A DNA stretch of 64,000 nt, taken from Candidatus Heimdallarchaeum endolithica. GTDB lineage: Archaea; Asgardarchaeota; Heimdallarchaeia; Heimdallarchaeales; Heimdallarchaeaceae. The notes under the pieces are model-generated. The model saw only the letters and a program-made list of their open reading frames with translations, had not been told where the DNA came from and did not search any database. The stretch is taken from contig CP084167.1 in assembly GCA_021513715.1 (NCBI GenBank), positions 2,464,001 through 2,528,000 of the forward strand, written 5' to 3'. Position 1 is the stretch's first letter. Each line of letters opens with the position of its first letter. A program made the translations under genes and the position numbers. Positions 18,397 through 28,437 of this stretch are shown here, one piece after another.

Positions 18397-18465
18397 CTTT
18401 TGGAAATTAAAAATGTTTGTTTCATTTGAAAATAAAGTAAAAATAGAAAAAAGAGAGTTTAAAAT

Positions 18466-18966
18466 TTATTCTTTTACTTCCTTCTTCTCAACACTTAGAA
18501 TATCTTCCTTAATTTTACCAAGAAGATTTGCTATAGCAGCAACAATAGTTTCAGGGCGAGGAGGACAACCATAAACCCACGCATCCACTGGTAATAGTTT
18601 ATCTATGCCTCCCAACACAAAGGGTGCTTCTTGAAAAACTCCTCCTGTTGTAGCACAGTTACCTACAGCTACTACAAATTTTGGAGCTGGCATTTGCTCA
18701 TAAATTCTTTTTACTCTCTCAGCTACTTGCAATGTTATTGGTCCTGTTATGACTAAAACTTCTGCTTGTCTTGGAGTTCCTCTTAATAAGATACCATATT
18801 GCTCAAGATCATGTCTTGGTGTTAGTGCGTCGACTATTTCGATGTCACAACCGTTACATCCTCCTGCATTCATATGAATAATCCAAGGAGAACGTACCGC
18901 GCAGTTTACACCGACTTTCTTGAGGAAGCGGGTGAGAAAACCTTCTTTTGTTTTTGCTTCTGCCAT
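18466..18966 (-). CDS. Group 4 [NiFe] hydrogenase small subunit (NuoB-like)
   Basis: GGCNGCDIE, AVGNCATTGG, YGCPPRP. Confidence 0.95.
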   Translation of the reverse strand: MAEAKTKEGFLTRFLKKVGVNCAVRSPWIIHMNAGGCNGCDIEIVDALTPRHDLEQYGILLRGTPRQAEVLVITGPITLQVAERVKRIYEQMPAPKFVVAVGNCATTGGVFQEAPFVLGGIDKLLPVDAWVYGCPPRPETIVAAIANLLGKIKEDILSVEKKEVKE

Positions 18967-18978
18967 TTTTTCTTCCTC

Positions 18979-19437
18979 CTATGCATAACCTCTCAAACTT
19001 TTCTTCTGTTCTTCTGCCTCATTTTTGAGCTCTTCTATTTTCTTTTCTGCTACTTCTCCTGCAAAAGAACCTTTCTCGCATAACATTCGGTAATCTGTTC
19101 TCATTTCAAAAGCAAATTCCAATGGATTTTGTCCTGATACGTGAATACAATCTTTTGGACAGTATATCTCACAATGAGCACAAACCATACATTGTGGAGC
19201 TAGTATCCATATCATTCCGTTGTCTTTATTTTCCTTTTCCATTGTTAAACAATGAGTTGGACATACCTTCACGCATGTTCCACATAATATACATTTGTCT
19301 GATTCTATTACTGGTATAGCCCTTATGTCTTCTGGTGGTGGATTTTCTTCTAATCTTTTTAAAACATGTTTTGTTACTGGTCCTTTTACATGATTTTTTA
19401 TTGCTTCTCCTCCCATCACTAGTATTTTTTTACCCAT
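18979..19437 (-). CDS. 2x[4Fe-4S] subunit (NuoI-like)
   Basis: CILCGTCVKVCP and CMVCAHCEIYCP. Confidence 0.9.
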   Translation of the reverse strand: MGKKILVMGGEAIKNHVKGPVTKHVLKRLEENPPPEDIRAIPVIESDKCILCGTCVKVCPTHCLTMEKENKDNGMIWILAPQCMVCAHCEIYCPKDCIHVSGQNPLEFAFEMRTDYRMLCEKGSFAGEVAEKKIEELKNEAEEQKKSLRGYA

Positions 19438-19449
19438 TTTTTTTCACCT

Positions 19450-20709
19450 TTAGAATATTGATCTATTATACTTTTTCGCCTTAATCGCTCTTTTGGCGAA
19501 TTCATCTTGGAACATTACCTTCTTTTCTCCTGTAGTCTTATTAATAATCATTATCCTGTTTGTACAGCTAAAACATGGGTCGTAGCTTCTTAATATTACT
19601 GGCACATCAGCTATGTATTCTCCATCCATTCTCTTTAATGTTGCATCTATGTTTCCTAAAGATGGAGCACGTATTTTGTATCTTTCTGGTTTATCACTTC
19701 CATTTGACATGCCAAAGTGGATATCTTCTCCTCTTGGTGCTTCTGCTCTCGTCATGTATTGACCTTCTGGCACTTTGGTTTTCACCCTCTGTAGTAATTC
19801 TCCTTCTGCTGTTTCTAATTTATCCAGTATTTGTTTAAGCATATATAACGACTCTAAAGTTTCATCTATTCTTACTAGTGTTAATGCTAAGACATCTCCT
19901 TCTGGGTAATAAATTGGTTTCCAATCTAATTCATCATACAATTCATATGGATAACTTTTTCTCACATCAAAAGGTATTCCTGATCCTCTAGCTGTTGGTC
20001 CATTTGGAGTTATTTTCTTTGCTTCTTCTTTTGTTAAAATGCCAACATTCTCTAGTCTGTTTCTTATTGAAGCTTCTTCTGTGAAAACTTTTCTGTGATA
20101 TTCAACTTGTTTTATTAAGTGATCTATTTTTGGTCTTGTTCTTTCAATTTTTTCTTTCGGAATATCTCTCTTTACTCCACCTATCATCATTAATGCAGGG
20201 TTAACTCTATTCCCACTGATGTCTTCAACTATATCCATTATTATTTCTCTATCTCTCCACGAAATGTGAAGTAGTGTATCAAAACCAGAGTCATGAGCTA
20301 AAATTCCATACCATAATATGTGAGAATGAATTCTCTCTGCTTCTAAACTAAACATTCTGATTAGTCTTGCCCTTTCAGATATGTCGTTTTCTACTCCAGC
20401 CAAACGCTCTACAAGTCTGACATATACATTTTGATGGACAGCACTGCATATACCACAAGCTCTGGGGACAAGAAGAGTATTTTGTCTCCATGTCCTTGCT
20501 TCCATTGCTTTTTCTAGTCCTCTGAGGTTGAAACCTATTCTTATATCTGCTTCAACTACTCTTTCTCCTTTTAGGTGGATAATGAAATGTGCAGGTTCTT
20601 CTGCCCATGGGTGTTGTGGTCCAATAAAAATTCTATAATCACTATCTGGTGGAGCATCTTTATCTCCATAAGGATCTGCTCTAAATCTTGATCTATAAAT
20701 TTCTGCCAT
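19450..20709 (-). CDS. Group 4 [NiFe] hydrogenase large subunit
   Basis: GPQHP, L1 motif RACGIC, L2 motif DPCFSCTNR followed by a cleavable C-terminal extension. Confidence 0.95.
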   Translation of the reverse strand: MAEIYRSRFRADPYGDKDAPPDSDYRIFIGPQHPWAEEPAHFIIHLKGERVVEADIRIGFNLRGLEKAMEARTWRQNTLLVPRACGICSAVHQNVYVRLVERLAGVENDISERARLIRMFSLEAERIHSHILWYGILAHDSGFDTLLHISWRDREIIMDIVEDISGNRVNPALMMIGGVKRDIPKEKIERTRPKIDHLIKQVEYHRKVFTEEASIRNRLENVGILTKEEAKKITPNGPTARGSGIPFDVRKSYPYELYDELDWKPIYYPEGDVLALTLVRIDETLESLYMLKQILDKLETAEGELLQRVKTKVPEGQYMTRAEAPRGEDIHFGMSNGSDKPERYKIRAPSLGNIDATLKRMDGEYIADVPVILRSYDPCFSCTNRIMIINKTTGEKKVMFQDEFAKRAIKAKKYNRSIF

Positions 20710-20711
20710 TT

Positions 20712-21230
20712 TTAGTCCTCCGAGATTTTCTTAGCTAAACTTAGAGTTATTTCTTTGATGTCCTGCCAGCTGTATTCTTTTCTCATTGGGCGTACGTCAT
20801 CAGGCCAGTTCTCAGGTAAAATCAGTCTTTCCATGAATGGATGATTTTCGAAATAAATGCCATAAAAATCATATATCTCTCTTTCATAATACTCTGCACA
20901 GACGAAAATATCACTCATTGTGGGTGATGTTGGCTTGTTTATATCGATTCCTGTGATAATTACGTTTATTGGCACTTCTTTTTCTGTTTCTTCATCTCTA
21001 TGTTGTAAGTGATAAATTACTCTAAATTCCTTATCTGGGATTTCCAATCCTGTAACTGTTGTTAAATGATAAATTCCTGCATTGTCATGAAGAATTTTTA
21101 TTAAATCGCGAGATTTGTCAACTTTAACATATATTGTAAAATGTGGCGCCCCTTCCACTCTTTCAATTTCATCTACCAGCTTTTCTGGTATTTCAGTTTG
21201 TAAAATTTCTACGAGTTCTTTCATACTCAT
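20712..21230 (-). CDS. NuoC-like hydrogenase subunit
   Basis: YEREIYDFYGIYFENHP..RLILPENWP..PMRK. An alternative GTG start lies at 21242. Confidence 0.9.
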   Translation of the reverse strand: MSMKELVEILQTEIPEKLVDEIERVEGAPHFTIYVKVDKSRDLIKILHDNAGIYHLTTVTGLEIPDKEFRVIYHLQHRDEETEKEVPINVIITGIDINKPTSPTMSDIFVCAEYYEREIYDFYGIYFENHPFMERLILPENWPDDVRPMRKEYSWQDIKEITLSLAKKISED

Positions 21231-21276
21231 ACGAAGTCCCACTCTTAGTTCTTATTATCAATTAACCTTTAATTCT

Positions 21277-21296
21277 TGTTTAAAACCTTTCTTGTG
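21277..21296 (-). promoter_or_regulatory. BRE-TATA promoter of the catalytic hydrogenase operon
   Basis: CACAAGAAAGGTTTTAAACA on the minus strand, identical to 11260-11279. Confidence 0.7.
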
Positions 21297-21427
21297 TGCT
21301 TTTTCTGAACATGCGACAAAAAAACGTAAAAATGAACTAAAGTAATTGTTATTTGTTATGAAAATATAGTAAAAAACCAATATTTTTATAGTGTTTTTCA
21401 ATTGTTTTTTAACATAGAGGTTTTAAA

Positions 21428-22612
21428 ATGAAAGAAATAAGCCCAGAAATTTTTTATGTAGGTGTGGACGATTACGAAACAGATCTCTTTGAAAGTATGT
21501 GGCCACTGCCTGAAGGAGTAAGTTACAATGCTTACATTGTTAAAGGAAAAGAAAAAGTGGCTGCGATTGATACTGTTAAGATTCCTTTTGTTGAGGAGTA
21601 TCTTGAAAAAGTAGAAAAAGTAACAAGTTTCGACAAAATCGATTATATTATACTTAATCATATGGAACCAGACCATACAGGTTCTTTACTAAAACTACTG
21701 GAAAAAGCACCTCAAGCTAAAATCTATTGCTCCAAAAAGGCCGTGGCTATGGTTAAAAGTTTGTTTAATTTAGAAGAAAATGTACATGGAGTAGAAGAAG
21801 CAGAAGAACTTGATCTAGGGGATAAAAAGTTAATTTTCTATATGGACCCACTTGTCCACTGGCCAGAAACAATGGTTACGTATGAAGCTGAATCAAAAAC
21901 ACTTTTCTCATCAGATGCTTTTGGGAGTTTTAAAGGCCTAAAGGAAGGAATAACTGATGAGGAAGTGGATTACCATGGTTATATTGATGAAACAATAAGG
22001 TATTTCAGCAATATTGTTTCAAAATATACGAAATATGTGAAAAAAGCGTTAGATAAACTGTTACCTATAGAAATTAAAATTATAGCTCCTGCACATGGGT
22101 TGATATGGAAAAAAGATGTCAAACATATTGTTTCTCTCTATCAACAATTGGCTGATATGCAAGGAGAAAAAAGCATTCTTGTCCTCTGGGGTTCTATGTA
22201 TGGAAATACGAAACTGGTAATTGATGCTGTGGTTGAGGGAATAGAAGAAGCGGGGTTAAAAGTTACTATATTAGACGTTGCAAGAGACCATTTATCTTAT
22301 CAAATAAAAGAAACAGCAAAAAACCAAGGTATAATTTTGGGATTTCCTACATATGACGGTGAAGAATTTCCACCTGTTTCATTCTATTTAGACATGATGA
22401 GAAGAAAGAATATTCGTAATAGGATAGTAGGATTTTTTGGTTCTTCATTGTGGTCAGGAAGAGCTCTGAAAAAAGCAGCTGATAAACTAAAAACTTTAGA
22501 TTGGCAAATAGTAGAACCTTTATTGGAGTTTAGAGGGAAACCTGCAAAAGAGTTATTGTCTCAAGCTAAAGAATTGGGAAAACAAGTAGCTCAAAAGGTA
22601 AAAGAACTATAG
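21428..22612 (+). CDS. fprA: Flavodiiron protein (FprA/NorV family)
   Basis: GVSYNAY, NHMEPDHTGS, VHWPETM, SSDAFG, APAHG and flavodoxin SMYGNT. Confidence 0.93.
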   Translation: MKEISPEIFYVGVDDYETDLFESMWPLPEGVSYNAYIVKGKEKVAAIDTVKIPFVEEYLEKVEKVTSFDKIDYIILNHMEPDHTGSLLKLLEKAPQAKIYCSKKAVAMVKSLFNLEENVHGVEEAEELDLGDKKLIFYMDPLVHWPETMVTYEAESKTLFSSDAFGSFKGLKEGITDEEVDYHGYIDETIRYFSNIVSKYTKYVKKALDKLLPIEIKIIAPAHGLIWKKDVKHIVSLYQQLADMQGEKSILVLWGSMYGNTKLVIDAVVEGIEEAGLKVTILDVARDHLSYQIKETAKNQGIILGFPTYDGEEFPPVSFYLDMMRRKNIRNRIVGFFGSSLWSGRALKKAADKLKTLDWQIVEPLLEFRGKPAKELLSQAKELGKQVAQKVKEL

Positions 22613-22654
22613 TTCTTTTTCAACTAATCGTTTTTCTCTATTTTTTCTTTTTTT

Positions 22655-23764
22655 TTATTCTTGAAATTCTTCAAGAAATGAGCCATAAGTTGCAGCAACA
22701 TTACATGTTCCTTCATGACTAACCATACAAGCACCAACAGGATGATCTGGTCTGCAAGCTTTCATGAATAAAGGACATTCTTGGGGTTTAGTCTTTCCAA
22801 TAAGTATCTCATCACAACGACATTTACTACGTAAATCTTTACCTTCAAGTTTAGGGATTGAAAAACGCTTCTTGGCATCAATATGGGCATAATCTTCACT
22901 AATTTCAGAACCAGAAAGAGGCCAAGTGCCTAAACCTCTCCAACGAACATCACTAACAACAAATGCTTTCTCCATAGCCTTAATAGCAGCAACATTTCCT
23001 TCTGGTTTTACATAACGTTTGTAATCATTAGACACAGTAGGAGAGTCAGTACGTATCTGTTTTAATAAAGAGTAAATGGATAAAAGAATGTCAACAGGTT
23101 CAAAACCTCCTACAGAAACAGGAAAATGAAATTCACGGGGGATAAACTCGTAAGGGTATGTTCCAATAATAGTAGAAACATGTCCCGGAGCAAGAAAGCC
23201 TTGAAACTCAATGTCATCCCGCTGAAGAAGAAGTCTCATAGCAGGAGGAACAAGTTTGTGAGAAGAGTAAATACTAAAATTAGGTAAGTCAACACGAAGA
23301 ACTTCAGCTGCAGTAATGCAACTAGTGGTCTCAAAACCAACACTGAAAAATAAAACATCAAGATCAGGATGGGTTCGAGCAATATTAACGGCGTCAGCGA
23401 TACTATATACAACACGAACATCCATACCACGTGCTTGCGCTTGATATAAAGATTCATTAGACGAAGGAACGCGCATCATATCTCCAAAAGTGGTAATGGT
23501 AAGATTGTGGTGATCAGCTAACCATAAAACTTCATCTATGTCCAAAGCAGATACACAACATGTTGGACACCCAGGACCTGCAATTAGTTCCACATTTTTT
23601 GGTAAAAGAGCTCTTATTCCTGCTTTTACTATGTCATGCTCATGTGTCCCACAAACATGCATAATGGTTACTTTTTTTTCTATTTTCTTTGCTTCTTCCC
23701 TTATTTTTTCTACTAGACTTTTTACTGTTTCTTTGTTTCTGTATTTTTGTGTTACGTTTTTCAC
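22655..23764 (-). CDS. hypD: Hydrogenase maturation protein HypD
   Basis: MHVCGTHE, GPGCPTC, GFETT, PGHVSTIIG, GACMVSHEGTC. Confidence 0.97.
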   Translation of the reverse strand: MKNVTQKYRNKETVKSLVEKIREEAKKIEKKVTIMHVCGTHEHDIVKAGIRALLPKNVELIAGPGCPTCCVSALDIDEVLWLADHHNLTITTFGDMMRVPSSNESLYQAQARGMDVRVVYSIADAVNIARTHPDLDVLFFSVGFETTSCITAAEVLRVDLPNFSIYSSHKLVPPAMRLLLQRDDIEFQGFLAPGHVSTIIGTYPYEFIPREFHFPVSVGGFEPVDILLSIYSLLKQIRTDSPTVSNDYKRYVKPEGNVAAIKAMEKAFVVSDVRWRGLGTWPLSGSEISEDYAHIDAKKRFSIPKLEGKDLRSKCRCDEILIGKTKPQECPLFMKACRPDHPVGACMVSHEGTCNVAATYGSFLEEFQE

Positions 23765-23852
23765 TTTTTTCCCTTCTTGTTTTGCTATTTTTTTTGTTTC
23801 ATAAATCTTGTTTTAGGTCTATTTTTTTATTTTAATATAGCTCTTTTTTCTT

Positions 23853-24920
23853 CTAATCAAAATAGACTTTTCCTTTTAGAAATTCCTTAATAAACCCAGT
23901 TGATTTTGGATATATTTTTGAAAATGTTATTTCTATTTTATTATTTCCTATTTTCTTTCTTTTGTCCTCTCTTAGAATCACGTGTTTTCTTATTCTTCTT
24001 TTTAGTAACTCCCACCCTTCTTCAGATATTCTTATTGTGAACTGTTCTGTTGCTTCTCCTTTTGCTATTGCTTCTGTCAATCTTTCAAGTATCATCTTTC
24101 CAAATAAGCTATATGCTTGTTCTCTTTTTATTCCCCCTACTTTTTCTAAGTAAGTTCCAGCTAAGTAAAATCTTTCTTTTGTTCCAGGTGCTGATTGCTC
24201 AAACCCTTTAGCTATATGATCTGCTATTGCTGCTACACATGCATTAAAAGTTATATATTTCAATCTAGGTTCCATTCCAGAAACTGATTTCATTACTAAT
24301 CCTTCTCTCCCTTTTGCCTCAAGATTCTGTAATTTTTCTTCGATTTTTTTATAGTCATGTATATCCATTACACCAAAAATTGGTACTGAATCAATCTCAT
24401 ATCTTTCTAGTAGTTCTTTTCTTTGAAGAGGAAGGAGTAGATCAAGTTGATAGTCTTTTCTTACTTTAAAAATATCAAAAATCAATATTTTTGGTTCTAA
24501 ACCATAAATGGTAGAAATATGGTTGTAGGGATTGTTACCTATTAATTCCCCAAAAGCACATAAATGTGGAAAATCTTGTAATAATTCTCCTATATTCTTG
24601 TTCTCTTGTAATATTTCTGTACTATAGGGACAAACATATCCTCCTCTAGTAAAAGCCAAGAGTGTGTTAGAATTTGCATGATAAAAAACTCTGACGTTTG
24701 TTCCATCTATCTTTTCTTCAACGATAAATTTATTGTTGCTAAACTGTTTTTTTATTGCTTCCTTCAAAAAAAATGCTCTGGGAATTTTAGGATAAGAGGG
24801 AATTATTTTATTTTCAATATTAACTGTTCCCCTTATGTGCTCTCCGAAATCTCGAACATCTCTACTGTAAACAATACTCTTATAGTATAATTGCTCAACT
24901 ATTTTATCGTTTTTTATCAC
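23853..24920 (-). CDS. ATP-dependent RNA ligase, Rnl3 (Pab1020) family
   Basis: PSYPKIPR, motif I EEKIDGTNVR, TRGGYVCPYST, GREGLVMK. Confidence 0.9.
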   Translation of the reverse strand: MIKNDKIVEQLYYKSIVYSRDVRDFGEHIRGTVNIENKIIPSYPKIPRAFFLKEAIKKQFSNNKFIVEEKIDGTNVRVFYHANSNTLLAFTRGGYVCPYSTEILQENKNIGELLQDFPHLCAFGELIGNNPYNHISTIYGLEPKILIFDIFKVRKDYQLDLLLPLQRKELLERYEIDSVPIFGVMDIHDYKKIEEKLQNLEAKGREGLVMKSVSGMEPRLKYITFNACVAAIADHIAKGFEQSAPGTKERFYLAGTYLEKVGGIKREQAYSLFGKMILERLTEAIAKGEATEQFTIRISEEGWELLKRRIRKHVILREDKRKKIGNNKIEITFSKIYPKSTGFIKEFLKGKVYFD

Positions 24921-24992
24921 AGTACAACTTAGTTTTTTGAAATAATAATTTTTTGTACAAGTTTTATTTTAACTTTTATTTTTGCATATCTA

Positions 24993-25637
24993 CTATTTTT
25001 TATCTAATTGTTCTTCTAAGAAATGTGTATAATCCTCTGAAAAAACAGCTTGTTTGTTTGATACATATATTAAAAATTCATGAAACCTTTCTGCTTTAAA
25101 GAACGATAATCCTAGCCATTCTGCCATTTTCATTAACCCATAATCTGCAGTAACAATTATCCCTCCTACTTCTTTTGCCAACATAACAACATCAAAATCC
25201 TCTTTGCTATCAATAACACCATCTCGTAAAGCACTTCTGTACTTTTCTCGTAAATCATGGATCCTCTGATCAATTTCTTCAGGTTTATAGCTCCGTAGCA
25301 TCTTTTCACTAAGTCTTAACCCTTTATCTATCCTATTTCTTATTTCATCTATGAACTTGTATACAACTGCTGCAGGGACATTTAGTTCATATAGTGAAGG
25401 GCTTTTAACGATTAAGACGCTTTCAAGAAAAGGTACATCCTCTCCTAGGAATGTTGTCAACTCTTTCTTAATAGATAATGGCATATAAAAGTGAATAAAA
25501 GGAGTTTTTGCAGCGAATTTAAGAAAATTTTTTACTGCTTCTACTGTTGTTTTACCAAAACTCTTTCTGGAGTTTGGATTAGTAAAAACGCTTGTATCGA
25601 TAACAAATTTACGTTCTTTGTCTGTTTTTTCGCTCAT
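24993..25637 (-). CDS. RNA-free RNase P (HARP), PIN-like
   Basis: FVIDTSVFTNP, RIDKGLR, LREKYRSALRDGVIDSKEDFD, TADYG; adjacent to Rnl3, the established arrangement. Confidence 0.92.
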   Translation of the reverse strand: MSEKTDKERKFVIDTSVFTNPNSRKSFGKTTVEAVKNFLKFAAKTPFIHFYMPLSIKKELTTFLGEDVPFLESVLIVKSPSLYELNVPAAVVYKFIDEIRNRIDKGLRLSEKMLRSYKPEEIDQRIHDLREKYRSALRDGVIDSKEDFDVVMLAKEVGGIIVTADYGLMKMAEWLGLSFFKAERFHEFLIYVSNKQAVFSEDYTHFLEEQLDKK

Positions 25638-25769
25638 TTCAAAGAAAACATAGCACTAATGAGTAAAAAATCTATCTCTATAATTTTTTGTAAGAATAAA
25701 AATCACTTCTTTTAAAACTTTGAAATCGAAACATCTTTAAAATGAATAAATTCCTTTTTTTCGGTCGCT

Positions 25770-26681
25770 ATGGTTGATAAAGCGCAAGACAAGTTAGGAT
25801 TAGACACATATGTAGTCGAGCTTGGGAGCATAGAGGATAGAATAAAGAAATTACGCGAAAAACGTAACTATGCCAACAAAAAAATGAAAGAATCCATACA
25901 ATTAAGGAATGAACATAATCAACAAGTTGCTAAATATCTTGCAGCAGCTAAAGAATACGAAGAGAAAAGAAATAAATTAAATGAAGAAGTAAAATCATTA
26001 AAAGAAAAGAGGAAAGAACTTCAAAGTATTCTTTTAGAAAAGAAAAAAGAACTTTATCAATTAATGGATGAAGATACTTCTGCAAATAGATATCAGCTTC
26101 ATAAACTGAAAAAGAAAATTGAAGATATTAACAAGAAAATTCAGAAAATAGAATGGGATATACAAACAAAAAGTAACTTAGAAGCAGAAGAAGAGAAAAT
26201 ACTCATTCAGCAAGCAGAAAAATTATCCAGTCAACTAAATAAATTAATGGTTTCTATTAAACTATCAGAGAAACAGTCTGAATTATGGAAAGAAATTTCT
26301 AAAATACAAAAAGAAGTCAATCAAATCCATAATGCTATTGTTGAGATGGCTAAAGAAAGTCAAGTATTTCATAAATTAATGAACCAAAATTATGCAAAAG
26401 TTAATGAATCTAGAAAATTAGCAAACAAATATCATAAATCTTTTTTGTCATATAAAAAAGAAGGAGATGAAATTCATAAGGAGCTTTTGTCCATTTATTC
26501 AGACAGGAATAAAATTAAAGAGAAACTCAGTCAACTCAAAAAAAGTTTCAGAGAAAAGCATAAACAAGCACTAAGGCAGAATCTAGAAAAAAATGTTCAA
26601 GAAGCTTTTGCTAAATATGAAAAAGGAAGTAATTTGACTTTAGACGAATTTCGTTTATTAGTAGATCGTGGATTAATTTAA
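25770..26681 (+). CDS. Conserved archaeal coiled-coil protein (COG1340-like)
   Basis: Entirely helical and K/E-rich; IEWDIQT; C-terminal G.NLTLDEFRLL. Confidence 0.75.
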   Translation: MVDKAQDKLGLDTYVVELGSIEDRIKKLREKRNYANKKMKESIQLRNEHNQQVAKYLAAAKEYEEKRNKLNEEVKSLKEKRKELQSILLEKKKELYQLMDEDTSANRYQLHKLKKKIEDINKKIQKIEWDIQTKSNLEAEEEKILIQQAEKLSSQLNKLMVSIKLSEKQSELWKEISKIQKEVNQIHNAIVEMAKESQVFHKLMNQNYAKVNESRKLANKYHKSFLSYKKEGDEIHKELLSIYSDRNKIKEKLSQLKKSFREKHKQALRQNLEKNVQEAFAKYEKGSNLTLDEFRLLVDRGLI

Positions 26682-26731
26682 ATACATTCACTAAATAATC
26701 TAATCTTCCTTTTTTTAAAAAGGAGCGAGTT

Positions 26732-27481
26732 TTAGGGGTGTTCTTTTTTTACAAATGTATATGAATTTCCTGATAATGCTGGGACTTCTTGTAAGTAGTA
26801 TCCTCTCATCTGTAAGATGAGTAAATTAGCAAATACCCAATGTACAAGCGTTTCATTTTTCAGTTTTAGCATTCCTCCATCTTCTGTTTCTTCCCAGATT
26901 GCATCTGGCTCTTCTTCCTTCATTTTTATCCACTCATTAATAGAAAGAAAGCGTCCTAAATAGCTAACTCCTTTAACCCTTTCTATAAATTCTGGAACTG
27001 TACGTATTAATGTTCGAAGAATATAATCGTCATCTTTTTCGATTGAGTCTAGCAGTGTTAAAAGGATAGCTGATTTAATTTTATCATTTCTGCTTAGTTT
27101 TGGTTTTGTTGGTGTGAGTTTCTCAAAAATAGGAGTTACGGCTGTGTCATCACATAAATAAAAACTATTCCTATCTTCTCTTAGTGAATATCCTCTTCCT
27201 GCTAATATTATTAAATAGGCAATATCTAAGTTGTTAATCACTTTTTTATTTATAATAGCTTCAATTCCTTTCTTAATGTTGATGACCTCTCCTAATTTTG
27301 CTTTACAACTCTGATCATCAAAAATATCTGATAAGATGCGAGATAAACTGCTAACTAGTGCAAAATTATCTTGTACAGAGTTATCTATAATTATTCTAAG
27401 GATATTGGCATTTTTATCAATATTATTAAACATCATCAAAGTAATTAATAATTTCATCACTTTTAACTTATTCGGAATCAA
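26732..27481 (-). CDS. Hypothetical protein
   Basis: 249-aa ORF with no recognised motif; the true start may be downstream. Confidence 0.6.
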   Translation of the reverse strand: MIPNKLKVMKLLITLMMFNNIDKNANILRIIIDNSVQDNFALVSSLSRILSDIFDDQSCKAKLGEVINIKKGIEAIINKKVINNLDIAYLIILAGRGYSLREDRNSFYLCDDTAVTPIFEKLTPTKPKLSRNDKIKSAILLTLLDSIEKDDDYILRTLIRTVPEFIERVKGVSYLGRFLSINEWIKMKEEEPDAIWEETEDGGMLKLKNETLVHWVFANLLILQMRGYYLQEVPALSGNSYTFVKKEHP

Positions 27482-27633
27482 TAATATTTGTCGTTGTCAG
27501 ATCAACTGTTTTTAATTTATCCACAGATATTATAATTGCTGTCAATAAACCACTTTTCTATTTGTAAAAAGGTAAGATTATTATATAAAAAAAATAACTT
27601 ATTTTTACCAAATTCCTCAAAGAGGAGATAAAT

Positions 27634-28020
27634 ATGGCAGTAAAAATAAATGAAATTTATAAATGTGAAATTTGTGGTAACATTGTTGCTGCAGTTCACG
27701 GAGGACAAGGTTCTCTTATTTGCTGTGGTCAAAACATGATTCTTTTGGAAGAAAAGACTGCAGAAATGGCTACAGAAAAACATGTTCCTGTTGTAGAAAT
27801 TGACGGAAATAAAGTTAAAGTTACAGTTGGTAGTACCATTCATCCAATGATTGAAAAACATTATATTGAGTGGATCGAGATCATTACAGAAGATGGGCGC
27901 TCATATAGAAAGTTTCTTGAACCAGAACAGGAACCTGTAGCTGAATTTATTGTAGAGTCCAAAGTAGTCAAAGCTCGAGAACATTGTAACTTACATGGGC
28001 TATGGATCAACACAGTGTAA
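27634..28020 (+). CDS. dfx: Desulfoferrodoxin (superoxide reductase)
   Basis: [32 protein letters not shown]. Confidence 0.95.
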   Translation: MAVKINEIYKCEICGNIVAAVHGGQGSLICCGQNMILLEEKTAEMATEKHVPVVEIDGNKVKVTVGSTIHPMIEKHYIEWIEIITEDGRSYRKFLEPEQEPVAEFIVESKVVKAREHCNLHGLWINTV

Positions 28021-28122
28021 TCCTGTTTTCATTTTTTTCAATTTTCAGAGTTATTTTTTTTCTTTTGCCAAAAAGAAAAGTTAAATAATGGTTTTTGTTG
28101 CATTGTTTAACAGTTGGTTACT

Positions 28123-28344
28123 ATGTGTTTGGCAATACCTGCTAGAGTTTGTGAAGTATTAGAAAATAATATGGTAAAAGTTGAAATTACTGGTGTAGTG
28201 AGAGAAGCAGATACTTCCTTACTTTCTGAAGAGGTTAAAGAGGGAGACTATGTGTTAGTTCATACAGGTTTTTGTATATCTAAGTTGGATGAAGAGCAAG
28301 CAAAAGAAGATTTAAAGTTGTGGGATGAACTCCTTTTAGAGTAA
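28123..28344 (+). CDS. hypC: Hydrogenase chaperone HypC
   Basis: MCLAIPA...GDYVLVHTGF. Confidence 0.96.
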   Translation: MCLAIPARVCEVLENNMVKVEITGVVREADTSLLSEEVKEGDYVLVHTGFCISKLDEEQAKEDLKLWDELLLE

Positions 28345-28437
28345 ATTAGAGTTTTACCTTGTATTAACAGATTTTTTTATTCGTATTTAATTTATTAGTA
28401 ATGTTTGTTGGTAAAAGGTTAAGTGTTTTTTGTGTGA

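Noticed and set aside
23853-24920. Rnl3 as the ligase closing the permuted 5S
   Set aside because: EndA leaves 2',3'-cyclic phosphate and 5'-OH ends, which are RtcB substrates. Rnl3 needs 5'-P and 3'-OH.
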